39,539 nucleotides of DNA from a virus. The translations under genes and the position numbers were made by a program. The notes below the pieces were generated by a model. That model made no database searches. It saw only the letters and a list, made by a program, of their open reading frames with translations, and was not told the origin of the DNA. Shown here piece after piece: positions 32,256 to 39,539 of the stretch; position 1 is the stretch's first letter, and each line of letters opens with the position of its first letter. The stretch lies in the IMG/VR virus record IMGVR_UViG_3300033552_000025, positions 1-39,539 of that record; one strand, written 5' to 3'.

Positions 32256-34181
32256 ATGGCTACTTTTCTGATGCCCCCGGCGCGGCAACGCGGCTGGTCG
32301 AACTCTGGCGTGCCTGCTGCCAACTGCCTGCTGTACACGTATGAGGCTGGTACGACCACGCCTAAAGCGACGTATCAGGATGCAGCCGGAACGATCCCGC
32401 ATACCAACCCGATTGTGCTTGATGCCAAGGGCGAAGCGCTGATCTATTGGGACGGCAACTACCGCATTGACTTGCGTACCGCTGCTGGCGTGCAGATCAC
32501 TGGCTACCCGGTAGACAACTTTGAAACGCCTCTTATGGCATCGTCGCTGCTTGGCGGGGCAGGCGGCGGGATGATTGGCTTCAGCTATGGCAACACGTAC
32601 GGCGTCGGCACCCTCGCCCGCTGGCTGCAAGACTTGCTGCTCTCTGCTGGCGCGTCGTTTATCGGCTTCATCCAGTCAGGCGTTGGCGCTATCCTGCGCA
32701 CGATGCAGGACAAGGGGCGCGAGAATGCGACGCTGTTCGACTTCATCCCGAGCGCGCAGCACGCTGCTATCCTGGCAGGCACCAGCACCTACGATTGCAC
32801 CGCTGATGTGGTTGCGGCCTTTCTCGCGCATAACGTGGTTACGGCAGGCCCGGGGCGTTTCAATGTGTCCACGTTCAACCTCGCGGCCAACAAACATTTG
32901 CGGACGGCTGGCAAGGCGACCACGTTTGCACAGATCGCCGGTACACCACTTGGGACGCGGCCAATAAATATTGTTGGGTCGAATGTCTACGTCGGCACAA
33001 TGACCGTGCGCGGGAATATTGCAACCGACACGAACGAACAGAACCATTTCGTTTTCTGCCAAGCGACGGCAGCAACCGGGAACCTTTCCAATATTGTAGT
33101 CGGTGACATTGACGCCTACGACATTCGCGGTGATGCGGTGTATTTCGGCGCAAACTCGCCCAATACCCTGACCGGCTACAAGGCTGGGCATATCTACGGC
33201 GACAACATCCTGCGCAATGTGGTTTCGGTGTGTGGTGGCACTAGTGGCGAAATCCTATCGATCACTTGCGGCAGGACCGGGCTTACCGCGCTGGACGTTG
33301 AACCAGAGCCATATAATCAACCAGTAACAGGGCTTCGCGTCGGCTTCGTAAAAGGCCGCTCGGTTCAACTTGGCGCATCAAGCGCAACATCTCCTATCTC
33401 CGGCGTCGAGATTGGAACGGTGCTTTGCGACCCTGCTTTCTCGGCACCATGCGTCCCTGCGTACGCTGTGGGAGCAACCCTCAAAGATGGCTTGAGCCTT
33501 CGCAATGTCAAACATGCTCGTATTGAGCATTGCGAGATTAACGGCTTCGACCGTTGCGGCATATTTGAAACCTTTAACGTTAGCGAGATTGGCGCAAAAG
33601 TTGAATTTGGATACCTTTCCCTTACCAATTGCTCGCTAAATGATGCCGTTTATTCGGCCTACGCCCTGGTGTCGTCCGGTGCCCTGACGATTGAGCGGTT
33701 AGCAGGTGCGGTAAGTGTCACTGGCAAAGCTATGTTTTCATCGCTTAATAATAGCCATATTGACAGCGCAAATGTCACGCTGGTGGCTGGGTCGCAGTTT
33801 ATAAAGTCGTCCAACCATTGCTCCATCAAAAATGGCGTGATTACGGGCGGACTGATGCTCTCCGGTTGCACGTATATCCAAGTCAAAGACGTACAGTTTT
33901 CAGGCGAAATCCTCGCCAACTTCTGCACTAAGCTGACCTTCGATTCGGTGATTGCTACCGGAAGCACGTACGTTTTCAACGGTGCGAACGAACTGCACGC
34001 CATTGTGAATAGCACCCTTGGCGGCGTCTACTACGGCGCTGGCCTTACGGGGCGCTCCTACCTCAACACCATCCATTTCGGCACTTATGAACTGTGGGTG
34101 GACGCCACCGGCAAGCTGCGCATCAAGGGTGGCATCCCAACAACCGACCTCGACGGCACTGTCGTCGGCACTCAAACCTAA
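32256..34181 (+). CDS. Tailspike / tail fibre with a right-handed beta-helix (pectate-lyase-like) body, 641 aa
   Basis: The N-terminal adaptor pattern (YTYEAGTTTPKATYQDAAGT..HTNPIVLDAKGEALIYWDGNYRIDL) is common in phage fibres. The rest has a repetitive beta-helix-like character. Confidence 0.8.
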   Translation: MATFLMPPARQRGWSNSGVPAANCLLYTYEAGTTTPKATYQDAAGTIPHTNPIVLDAKGEALIYWDGNYRIDLRTAAGVQITGYPVDNFETPLMASSLLGGAGGGMIGFSYGNTYGVGTLARWLQDLLLSAGASFIGFIQSGVGAILRTMQDKGRENATLFDFIPSAQHAAILAGTSTYDCTADVVAAFLAHNVVTAGPGRFNVSTFNLAANKHLRTAGKATTFAQIAGTPLGTRPINIVGSNVYVGTMTVRGNIATDTNEQNHFVFCQATAATGNLSNIVVGDIDAYDIRGDAVYFGANSPNTLTGYKAGHIYGDNILRNVVSVCGGTSGEILSITCGRTGLTALDVEPEPYNQPVTGLRVGFVKGRSVQLGASSATSPISGVEIGTVLCDPAFSAPCVPAYAVGATLKDGLSLRNVKHARIEHCEINGFDRCGIFETFNVSEIGAKVEFGYLSLTNCSLNDAVYSAYALVSSGALTIERLAGAVSVTGKAMFSSLNNSHIDSANVTLVAGSQFIKSSNHCSIKNGVITGGLMLSGCTYIQVKDVQFSGEILANFCTKLTFDSVIATGSTYVFNGANELHAIVNSTLGGVYYGAGLTGRSYLNTIHFGTYELWVDATGKLRIKGGIPTTDLDGTVVGTQT

Positions 34182-34188
34182 TCCCCTC

Positions 34189-34210
34189 CCCGCTTCGGCG
34201 GGTTTTCTTT
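34189..34210 (+). terminator. Rho-independent terminator after the tailspike gene
   Basis: CCCGC-TTCG-GCGGG followed by TTTTCTTT. Confidence 0.7.
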
Positions 34211-34257
34211 GCCTGCCTCAGCCCCGCAGGCTATGCCGTCACAACCATAGGCTATTT

Positions 34258-34557
34258 ATGACCACCCCCGCATTACCAACAGCCGAACCGCGCCGCTTTA
34301 TCGACTTCCAACTATCCCTCCAAGCCGTCATTGCCGGGGCCGTCTCTATTGCTGGCTTCATGCTTTGGATGGGATGGCAGGCGGCACAGCAGACCAACAA
34401 CACTGAGCAATTAAAAGTGGGAATCGAAAACTTGGAAAAGCGCTTCGATGACCGTGACACGAAAGCCGACCTGATGCGCGAGCGTATGTCCAGTTTCGAC
34501 CGAACTACCGACAATCTTAAACTGCGTGTGGATGCGCTGGAACGGGTTCGCAAATGA
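34258..34557 (+). CDS. N-terminal TM plus coiled-coil protein, 99 aa (i-spanin-like or holin-associated)
   Basis: Internal ATG of the track ORF. A TM segment (VIAGAVSIAGFMLWMGW) is followed by a helical region. ATGA-coupled to the endolysin gene. Confidence 0.55.
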   Translation: MTTPALPTAEPRRFIDFQLSLQAVIAGAVSIAGFMLWMGWQAAQQTNNTEQLKVGIENLEKRFDDRDTKADLMRERMSSFDRTTDNLKLRVDALERVRK

Positions 34558-35036
34558 AACCTTCCGACCTCCTGTCCACTGCCATCATTCCCGCCCTAAC
34601 CCGCCTGAACATGGACAGCCTCGACGCGCGCCGCTTCATGCTCGCCATTGCCTTGCAGGAGTCGGGATTGATCGCCCGACGCCAGCGCAGCGCAGACGGC
34701 AGCGAGAACGGGCCTGCTGCTTCCTATTGGCAATTTGAAAAGAATGGCGGTTGCCGGGGCGTGATTACGCATCGCACGACCGCGCCAATAATGCGCCAAG
34801 TCTGCACCGATTTCAACGTGGAACCCAACGCCCTCGCGCTGTGGGAGGCAATGCGCTATCAGGATATCGTTGCCGCCTGCGCAGCGCGCCTGCTGATCTA
34901 CACGCTGCCGACGCCCATGCCGAAGACTGCCGCCGATGGATGGGAGCAGTACCTTGACGCATGGCGACCAGGCAAGCCGCATCCGGCAGTCTGGGCGGGG
35001 CATTGGGCGACCGCTGACGCCACGGTGAGAGCATGA
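34554..35036 (+). CDS. Endolysin, lytic-transglycosylase-like (SLT-type), 160 aa
   Basis: An ALQESGL catalytic-Glu context and an SYWQF motif, located inside the lysis cassette. Confidence 0.65.
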   Translation: MKPSDLLSTAIIPALTRLNMDSLDARRFMLAIALQESGLIARRQRSADGSENGPAASYWQFEKNGGCRGVITHRTTAPIMRQVCTDFNVEPNALALWEAMRYQDIVAACAARLLIYTLPTPMPKTAADGWEQYLDAWRPGKPHPAVWAGHWATADATVRA

Positions 35037-35167
35037 CCTACCTCACCCACTTCCTAGCCTGCATCGCTGGCATCTGGATCGGCGCTGGATTCGCCTTTTG
35101 GGCGGTCGATGTTATCCCGAGCAGCATCAGCAAAATTCTCAACCACTCACCGGACGATAAATCATGA
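35033..35167 (+). CDS. Small membrane protein, 44 aa (MTYLTHFLACIAGIWIGAGFAFWAVDVIPSS...)
   Basis: Hand-translated, with ATGA overlaps at both ends and one TM segment. Confidence 0.4.
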   Translation: MTYLTHFLACIAGIWIGAGFAFWAVDVIPSSISKILNHSPDDKS

Positions 35168-35586
35168 ACCCTCTTTTGATTGGCGGCGTATTCGATATGG
35201 GCATGAAGCTCGTTGAGCGCTTCTTTCCTGACCCGAGGGCAGCGAACGAAGCAAAGCTCGAACTGCTCCGCATGCAGCAAACGGGCGAACTGGCGCAACT
35301 GGCGGCAAACACGGACCTCGCCAAAGGTCAGCTTGAAGTCAACAAGGTGGAAGCGGCACATGATTCCATTTATGTGTCCGGATGGAGGCCCGCGGTAGGC
35401 TGGACATGCGCCGCGGCATTTGCCTATAAATTCGTCCTGGCACCCGCGGGAGCGTTCGCCATGGCCGCAGCAGGACACCCCATCGATTTGCCTGTGCTCG
35501 ACTTTACGGAGATGAGCACCATTTTGCTTGGCATGCTCGGGCTTTCGGGTATGCGTACGGTCGAGAAAATCAAAGGCGTGTCGTAG
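35164..35586 (+). CDS. Holin, GTA-type 3-TM family (DUF3154-like), 140 aa
   Basis: N-terminal FPDPRAANEAKLELLRMQQTGELAQL ... SGWRP.VGW matches the remembered GTA_holin_3TM pattern. Confidence 0.6.
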   Translation: MNPLLIGGVFDMGMKLVERFFPDPRAANEAKLELLRMQQTGELAQLAANTDLAKGQLEVNKVEAAHDSIYVSGWRPAVGWTCAAAFAYKFVLAPAGAFAMAAAGHPIDLPVLDFTEMSTILLGMLGLSGMRTVEKIKGVS

Positions 35587-35596
35587 CCTTAAACTG

Positions 35597-35848
35597 TTCC
35601 GCAAAACGCCGCGGTGAATCGCCATAGCCCGGAGGATTCGCCGCGATTGAGCTACTTTTGCGGAACGAGATTCGACCCTAAGTAGCTGTTAACGTTAAGT
35701 TAACCATCAGACTTAAAATCTCGTGCTCGCAAGGGCGTGCCGGTTCGATTCCGGCTCCGGGCACCAAGTAGCAGTAAGGTTACTTTGATATTTAGCAAAA
35801 TGCGGCCCGCACTTTACTTTTCCGCAAAATGAGCGCTTTTCCGCAAAA
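35597..35848. promoter_or_regulatory. attP region with putative arm-type sites TTCCGCAAAA
   Basis: The motif occurs at 35597..35606 (+), 35656..35665 (inverted), 35820..35829 (+) and 35839..35848 (+), flanking the tRNA-like core. Confidence 0.55.
35706..35766 (+). other. attP core: 3' portion of a tRNA-Leu(UAA) gene (anticodon loop CTTAAAA, long variable arm, T-arm GCCGGTTCGATTCCGGC, acceptor 3' strand plus CCA)
   Basis: The T-loop GGTTCGATTCC and the acceptor/CCA end were read directly. The 5' half is not tRNA-like, so this is a fragment. It is adjacent to int. Confidence 0.75.
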
Positions 35849-36958
35849 TCACTTGGTCGGCTTGACCAATTTGCCGCGGCGATGCCTCACATAATGCGCT
35901 GTCATGGCCGCGGTGGAGTGGCCTAGCTGGTCTTGTGCCGCGGCAATTCCGGACGATTCCTCTTTATCCGTTGCTGCTTTGGCACGCAAGTCGCGGAACT
36001 GGAATCCGCGGATGCCCGCTGCTAGGTCCGGATGCGCAAGTATCGCGGCATCCCGGGCGCGGTCGAACGCTCCGCGGAGCATGGCCTTAGTCATCGGCTG
36101 GCCGTCTTCGTCATTAATCAGCTTCAGCCCCATCACCTTTTGCGCACCGATCCGTGCCAGCGCCGCGGCTAACTCGCCCTCGATGGATATCCGGATCTTC
36201 TTTCCTGTCTTATTCTGATCGACCAAGAGCGCGCCGTCCTTAATGTCGCCGCGGGACAGCTTGAGTACGTCCGCGGGGCGCTGTCCGGACAGGTAGGCCA
36301 GATCCAGGGCGTCACGTAGGGCAGGTTCCGCGGATCCGCGCACCGCGGCAAGCACGGCATCATCGGTATAGGCGTCCCGTCCCCGTTCCCGAAATCCCGG
36401 GATCCCGGCGCAAGGGTTAGCCTTATCGGTCATTCCGGATCCGCGGGCGTAGTTCCATATATGGGAGAACAGCGCCTTTTCCCTGTTCGCCGGCACTTGC
36501 CCCTCATCTCCGCGGACTTTCTCGGCAGGCTTGCCCGCGGCTACTCGCTCAGAATTCCGGATCCGCTTCGCTTCGACCGTCTTTTGCACGCGCCAATCCA
36601 TAAACTGCCGGATCATTTGCGGCTGTATGTTCTCAAACGGCTCGGCGCGGTCATCAAAGAATGCGTACAGCATGTTCAATTCGCGCAGATTGATTTCCTG
36701 CGTGGCCGGCGCTTTGGTCGGAATCACATCGCGCACATACCGTTCAGCCACCATCCGGAACGTGATTAGCGCGCCCGGGTTGCCCTCGCCAAGCGTCAAC
36801 TCACCCCACTTGCGCACCGCAGCTACGTAGTCGGATCCAAGCGGGATTTCTCGCCGCGGCTTGGATCCGGTGTCGAAATAGTAGTACGTGACCTTCCCGC
36901 GGTGGCGCGCACGCATCCCGGTCGGTAAGTTCATGTTCCGTGTCGGCGTCCTGCCCAT
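35849..36958 (-). CDS. int: Tyrosine integrase, 369 aa
   Basis: A SAM-like N-domain and a catalytic domain with R..., HDLR-like FRDLRAKAAT, and LGHSTAAMTAHYVRH (H-x-x-R ... Y). The gene is next to attP. Confidence 0.93.
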   Translation of the reverse strand: MGRTPTRNMNLPTGMRARHRGKVTYYYFDTGSKPRREIPLGSDYVAAVRKWGELTLGEGNPGALITFRMVAERYVRDVIPTKAPATQEINLRELNMLYAFFDDRAEPFENIQPQMIRQFMDWRVQKTVEAKRIRNSERVAAGKPAEKVRGDEGQVPANREKALFSHIWNYARGSGMTDKANPCAGIPGFRERGRDAYTDDAVLAAVRGSAEPALRDALDLAYLSGQRPADVLKLSRGDIKDGALLVDQNKTGKKIRISIEGELAAALARIGAQKVMGLKLINDEDGQPMTKAMLRGAFDRARDAAILAHPDLAAGIRGFQFRDLRAKAATDKEESSGIAAAQDQLGHSTAAMTAHYVRHRRGKLVKPTK

Positions 36959-36961
36959 TGA

Positions 36962-37171
36962 TTACTTTCTCATTCCTGGCGGGATCCACGCCGCCTTTGG
37001 GATCACCGCGGCAGCTCCGCGGCCTTCGATCACACTCCGGGCGACGACAGCGCGCCCCGCGGGGTTGACCCAAAACGCGATTCCCATCTGTCGAAGGGAT
37101 TGTATCTGTCGCGCCTTCGTCTTGTAGCCGGTGAGCGCAATTACATCGTCCGCGGTAAGAAATGTCGTCAT
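36962..37171 (-). CDS. DUF4224-domain protein, 69 aa (excisionase/RDF candidate)
   Basis: LTADDVIALTGYKTKARQIQSLRQMGIAFWVNPAGRAVV matches the DUF4224 pattern. The gene is immediately upstream of int. Confidence 0.6.
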   Translation of the reverse strand: MTTFLTADDVIALTGYKTKARQIQSLRQMGIAFWVNPAGRAVVARSVIEGRGAAAVIPKAAWIPPGMRK

Positions 37172-37380
37172 ACACCCTCCCTATCAAACCTGCGCGGATC
37201 GTACGGCATCGCGCTCACATCACGTACCGCCCCATCCTGCCCCGGCCCGTCCTCTGTCGGAGCGCAAACGGGGCATCCTTTACCTGCACATTCGCACGGT
37301 GTCGGGGGAGGGTCGCGGAATATTGTGTCCCATCCTTCCGCGTAGCCTGCGCCGGGACGAATTCTTGAGCCCTTAGACAT
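37168..37380 (-). CDS. Hypothetical protein, 70 aa
   Basis: Track ORF in operon register with ATGA-type coupling. Confidence 0.5.
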   Translation of the reverse strand: MSKGSRIRPGAGYAEGWDTIFRDPPPTPCECAGKGCPVCAPTEDGPGQDGAVRDVSAMPYDPRRFDREGV

Positions 37381-37492
37381 TGGCCGACTCCTTCACCTTG
37401 ACGCTTATCGAAAAGCCGACGAACCACACTGTTTTGTAGCCGATGCCGTACATGCGCCAGCCCCAACCAATTCGCCCGAAATAGAGTCTCAT
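37373..37492 (-). CDS. Hypothetical small protein, 39 aa (MRLYFGRIGWGWRMYGIGYKTVWFVGFSISVKVKESANV)
   Basis: Internal ATG forming an ATGA overlap with the upstream stop. Confidence 0.3.
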   Translation of the reverse strand: MRLYFGRIGWGWRMYGIGYKTVWFVGFSISVKVKESANV

Positions 37493-38145
37493 GTCCCCTC
37501 TCCTGTTGTGGTGTGCAGCGCAGCGATAGCGGCGTCTATTTCGTCGCCAATTTCGCCTATCCCGCATTGCAGGTCATCGGCTATTGAGCAAGGTATTTGC
37601 TCGATGAGATAGACATACCGCGCCGACAGCTTGATTTCCTCAGCGAGCAGTTCCGTCGCTTCCTGCATTCCCTCCGCCCAGCCATCGCGCCGCGCCTGCT
37701 CGATTGGGTCCACCTCGTCCGCGTCCCTCTCTGCCGCGCTGTCAGCCGGTGCCGGGGTGGCGCGCCGTACCAATTCGGTCGCGGTCACATCGCGGTAGAT
37801 GTAGCGGTAGTCGGCAAGGGTGTTGTGCTTGTGGAATTGATAGCCCTTAATGCCGCCCGGGCTTGTCCATTCAATCAACCAGCCGACAGGCACCGCCTCT
37901 GCGCTCGTCCTCGGTATAGCGGGGACGGCGGGGGTGCGCTCATTCCAGGCTGCGATTGCGCTGGATTTCCAGTGCGATACGTCCTTGTAGTCGGTGCGCA
38001 CCTCGGGGCCAGCGCCGCAGCAAGTCAGCGCTCCCCACTTCACGCCATCAGCCAATTGAAAGATGGCGTCGTTCGTTACATCAGGCGATTCGCCGCACCA
38101 AGGGCAAGGTGCCGCGCGATCGGTTACTTCGTTGCTTGGGTTCAT
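37489..38145 (-). CDS. Lar-like zinc-ribbon N-domain fused to an uncharacterised acidic C-terminal region, 218 aa
   Basis: The pattern CPWCGESP ... W.ALTCCGAGP ... AIAAWNERT is the same Lar-family pattern as at 14503..14745. Confidence 0.6.
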   Translation of the reverse strand: MNPSNEVTDRAAPCPWCGESPDVTNDAIFQLADGVKWGALTCCGAGPEVRTDYKDVSHWKSSAIAAWNERTPAVPAIPRTSAEAVPVGWLIEWTSPGGIKGYQFHKHNTLADYRYIYRDVTATELVRRATPAPADSAAERDADEVDPIEQARRDGWAEGMQEATELLAEEIKLSARYVYLIEQIPCSIADDLQCGIGEIGDEIDAAIAALHTTTGEGT

Positions 38146-38615
38146 TCATCGCTCCCGGTGTCCGAATTGTGAATGGGTAATGGCATCCAGCCGTCCGGCT
38201 CGCTGGCCTTGTCAAACATGCAGCCGTTCCAGAAGTACCAACCAGCGTCAATTGCCGGATGATCCTCGATACAGTGCCCTCCCTGCATGTAGTGGCCGAC
38301 AAGGTACTTGCCGGGGATTCCGGCGCGCATCTTCACGCGCAACAGCACTTCGGCGCCGTCCAGTGGCGCGCTATCCATCGGCAGCACGTCACGGCTCGCC
38401 AGCTTGCGCGCTTCCATGATGGCGACGCGAAAGCCTAGCCATGCGCTTTCGGTGTCGCTGTCGATGAAGCGGCTGAACTTGCCGTTCACTTCCATTGCGC
38501 CCTCGGGGAAGTCCGCGATTTTGTGCTCGCGGAGATAGACCAGCCCCTTGAGGAACATACGGCGGATCTCGGCTACGCTGCCGGGGATGGTTGATAAGGT
38601 TGCGGCGCTGATCAT
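38142..38615 (-). CDS. Hypothetical protein, 157 aa, with a DUF551-like C-terminal half (…DGWMPLP)
   Basis: The call rests on the pattern LPMDSAPLDGAEVLL ... GWYFWNG ... PDGWMPLP. Confidence 0.55.
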   Translation of the reverse strand: MISAATLSTIPGSVAEIRRMFLKGLVYLREHKIADFPEGAMEVNGKFSRFIDSDTESAWLGFRVAIMEARKLASRDVLPMDSAPLDGAEVLLRVKMRAGIPGKYLVGHYMQGGHCIEDHPAIDAGWYFWNGCMFDKASEPDGWMPLPIHNSDTGSDE

Positions 38616-39469
38616 GTCGCACTCCCTGCTCGCTTGGCGAGGATGGCGCGATACACCACTTTGCCTTCGCTATCGAAGTCGTACAGCGGCGCCGGCCACT
38701 CGCCCGATGCAATTGAAGCGATGGACCTCATCAGTATTTCGCGCACGCCCTGCACGTTCGTGCCGCTGACTTGCAAGCCGTCGAAGCCATACACGCTCAA
38801 CGTAGTATCGATGCCAAGAGAATGCAGCACGCCGATAAGCTGCTCGTCAGTCACCGCCTGTGCTGGCGCAACCGGGGCGGCAGGCTTGCAGAGAATATCG
38901 GCAGCGCGCACGACAAACTCGTTGACCGACTTCATGCCGCCCTTGCCGTCAAAGCGCGCCAAGTTGTTGAGCAACTTCGTCGTATCATCGTCGGACAACG
39001 TGTTCTGTCCGGCGCACACTTTGCAGATCGTGCGGCGCTTGTGGCCCATGAAGCCGATACCGCAATCGCTGCATCGATTCTCATAGTTGCCATTCTCGTG
39101 TGCGAAGTCTTCCGACCAATCGGCGGCGGTCGCTACATAGCCCGCCTGCTCGGCTTTCGCCTCCTGATGGGCGGCAAGGCGACCAAGTGGCGTGGCGATT
39201 GCGCTTGGCGGGATGAAGTCCGCATAGAATTCGCTGCTCACGTCCATTGGCTCTTTACCGAAGAAAATCTCATGCCCGGTAGGCCATTCGTAGAGCCATG
39301 CCACAGCCTCGCCCGTAGTCTGGATAGCTGCGTGCTCGGTGGCGACTAGGACTGCGCGCGCGTCAGCTTCAATTGCGACATAGCCGGGGCCAACAGGCAG
39401 GCCCTCGTCTAGTACGGTGGTCAGCGCCTCGCGCAACACTGTCACGGCGGATTTGGTTGAGTTGGTCAT
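38612..39469 (-). CDS. Hypothetical protein, 285 aa, with a central Cys cluster (CSDCG...CKVC)
   Basis: Track ORF with an AAGGA RBS. Its 5' end lies inside the terminal repeat and so also appears at 1..57. Confidence 0.6.
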   Translation of the reverse strand: MTNSTKSAVTVLREALTTVLDEGLPVGPGYVAIEADARAVLVATEHAAIQTTGEAVAWLYEWPTGHEIFFGKEPMDVSSEFYADFIPPSAIATPLGRLAAHQEAKAEQAGYVATAADWSEDFAHENGNYENRCSDCGIGFMGHKRRTICKVCAGQNTLSDDDTTKLLNNLARFDGKGGMKSVNEFVVRAADILCKPAAPVAPAQAVTDEQLIGVLHSLGIDTTLSVYGFDGLQVSGTNVQGVREILMRSIASIASGEWPAPLYDFDSEGKVVYRAILAKRAGSAT

Positions 39470-39539
39470 GGTCGGTCCTTAGTTGTTAGTTTCTTTGTCC
39501 AGCCAACGTATGAAAGCACCGGACATCCAGCCTGCTACG
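39413..39539. repeat. Terminal direct repeat, right copy (identical to 1..127)
   Basis: Exact match to 1..127, read directly. Confidence 0.95.

Larger units (their letters stand above)
35390..37155. repeat. Dense cluster of 23 CCGCGG palindromes (plus TCCGGA and GGATCC) covering holin 3' half, attP, int and xis
   Basis: Manual scan; site starts are listed in the corresponding finding. No CCGCGG was seen elsewhere in the window. Confidence 0.85.

Noticed and set aside
15653-34181. A diversity-generating retroelement, considered because the capsid and tail module resembles BPP-1/epsilon15-type podoviruses.
   Set aside because: There is no reverse-transcriptase ORF anywhere in the window. I found no template/variable repeat pair near the tailspike or the 588-aa protein.
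35628-35766. A complete or intron-containing tRNA-Leu gene. A GCCCGGA heptamer complementary to the acceptor 3' strand lies about 140 nt upstream of the CCA end.
   Set aside because: The span is far too long for a tRNA. The intervening sequence has no D-arm or 5' anticodon stem, and the 5' side of the anticodon stem does not pair. I treat it as a 3' tRNA fragment (attP core) and the heptamer as probable coincidence.

Overview
The window is a complete temperate tailed-phage genome (or an excised, circularised prophage). The first 127 nt equal the last 127 nt, so the contig closes on itself with about 39,412 bp of unique sequence. No database search was possible. All family names come from motifs I recognise in the translated ORFs, and all DNA signals were read by eye.

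Organisation is lambdoid:
- Immunity region: an XRE-type CI-like repressor (8591..9040, -) faces a Cro-like gene. Four TCCCA-N4-TGGGA operators sit in two pairs, each inside a sigma70-like promoter (PR-like at about 9078..9106, PL-like at about 7056..7084).
- Leftward early operon (7006 down to 187, wrapping to 39469 and on to 35849): many small translationally coupled ORFs, a DUF551 protein, a Sak4-like ATPase, SSB, NinB, a Lar-domain protein, a DUF4224 Xis-like protein and a tyrosine integrase. It ends next to an attP that carries the 3' part of a tRNA-Leu(UAA).
- Rightward early operon (9114..15152): replisome organiser, DnaB helicase, YbcO/Ref-type nuclease, VRR-NUC nuclease, a Lar-family protein and a possible Q-like regulator.
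- Late region: a strong late promoter followed by two intrinsic terminators. Then come three unusual genes, TerS, TerL, portal, scaffold, an N4/epsilon15-type major capsid protein, a P22 gp10-like hub protein, three ejection-type proteins, a beta-helix tailspike and a lysis cassette. No tape-measure or tail-tube gene is visible, so a podovirus-type virion is inferred.

Main points for follow-up:
1. CCGCGG occurs 23 times inside the 1.8-kb holin-3'/attP/int/xis module and nowhere else in the genome. This comes with frame-independent GC palindromes in int.
2. An AT-richer HNH-type homing-endonuclease cassette is inserted in the 5' end of the gp10-like gene. It carries a recoded replacement N-terminus and leaves the original 27-codon N-terminus plus a 29-bp tandem repeat upstream.
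3. An AT-rich three-gene cassette sits in the rex-equivalent position, between the repressor and PL, with its own promoter and tandem terminators.
4. A roughly 400-bp ORF-free, strongly structured segment lies inside the PL operon.
5. The SSB acidic DDDIPF tip is followed by 23 extra codons.
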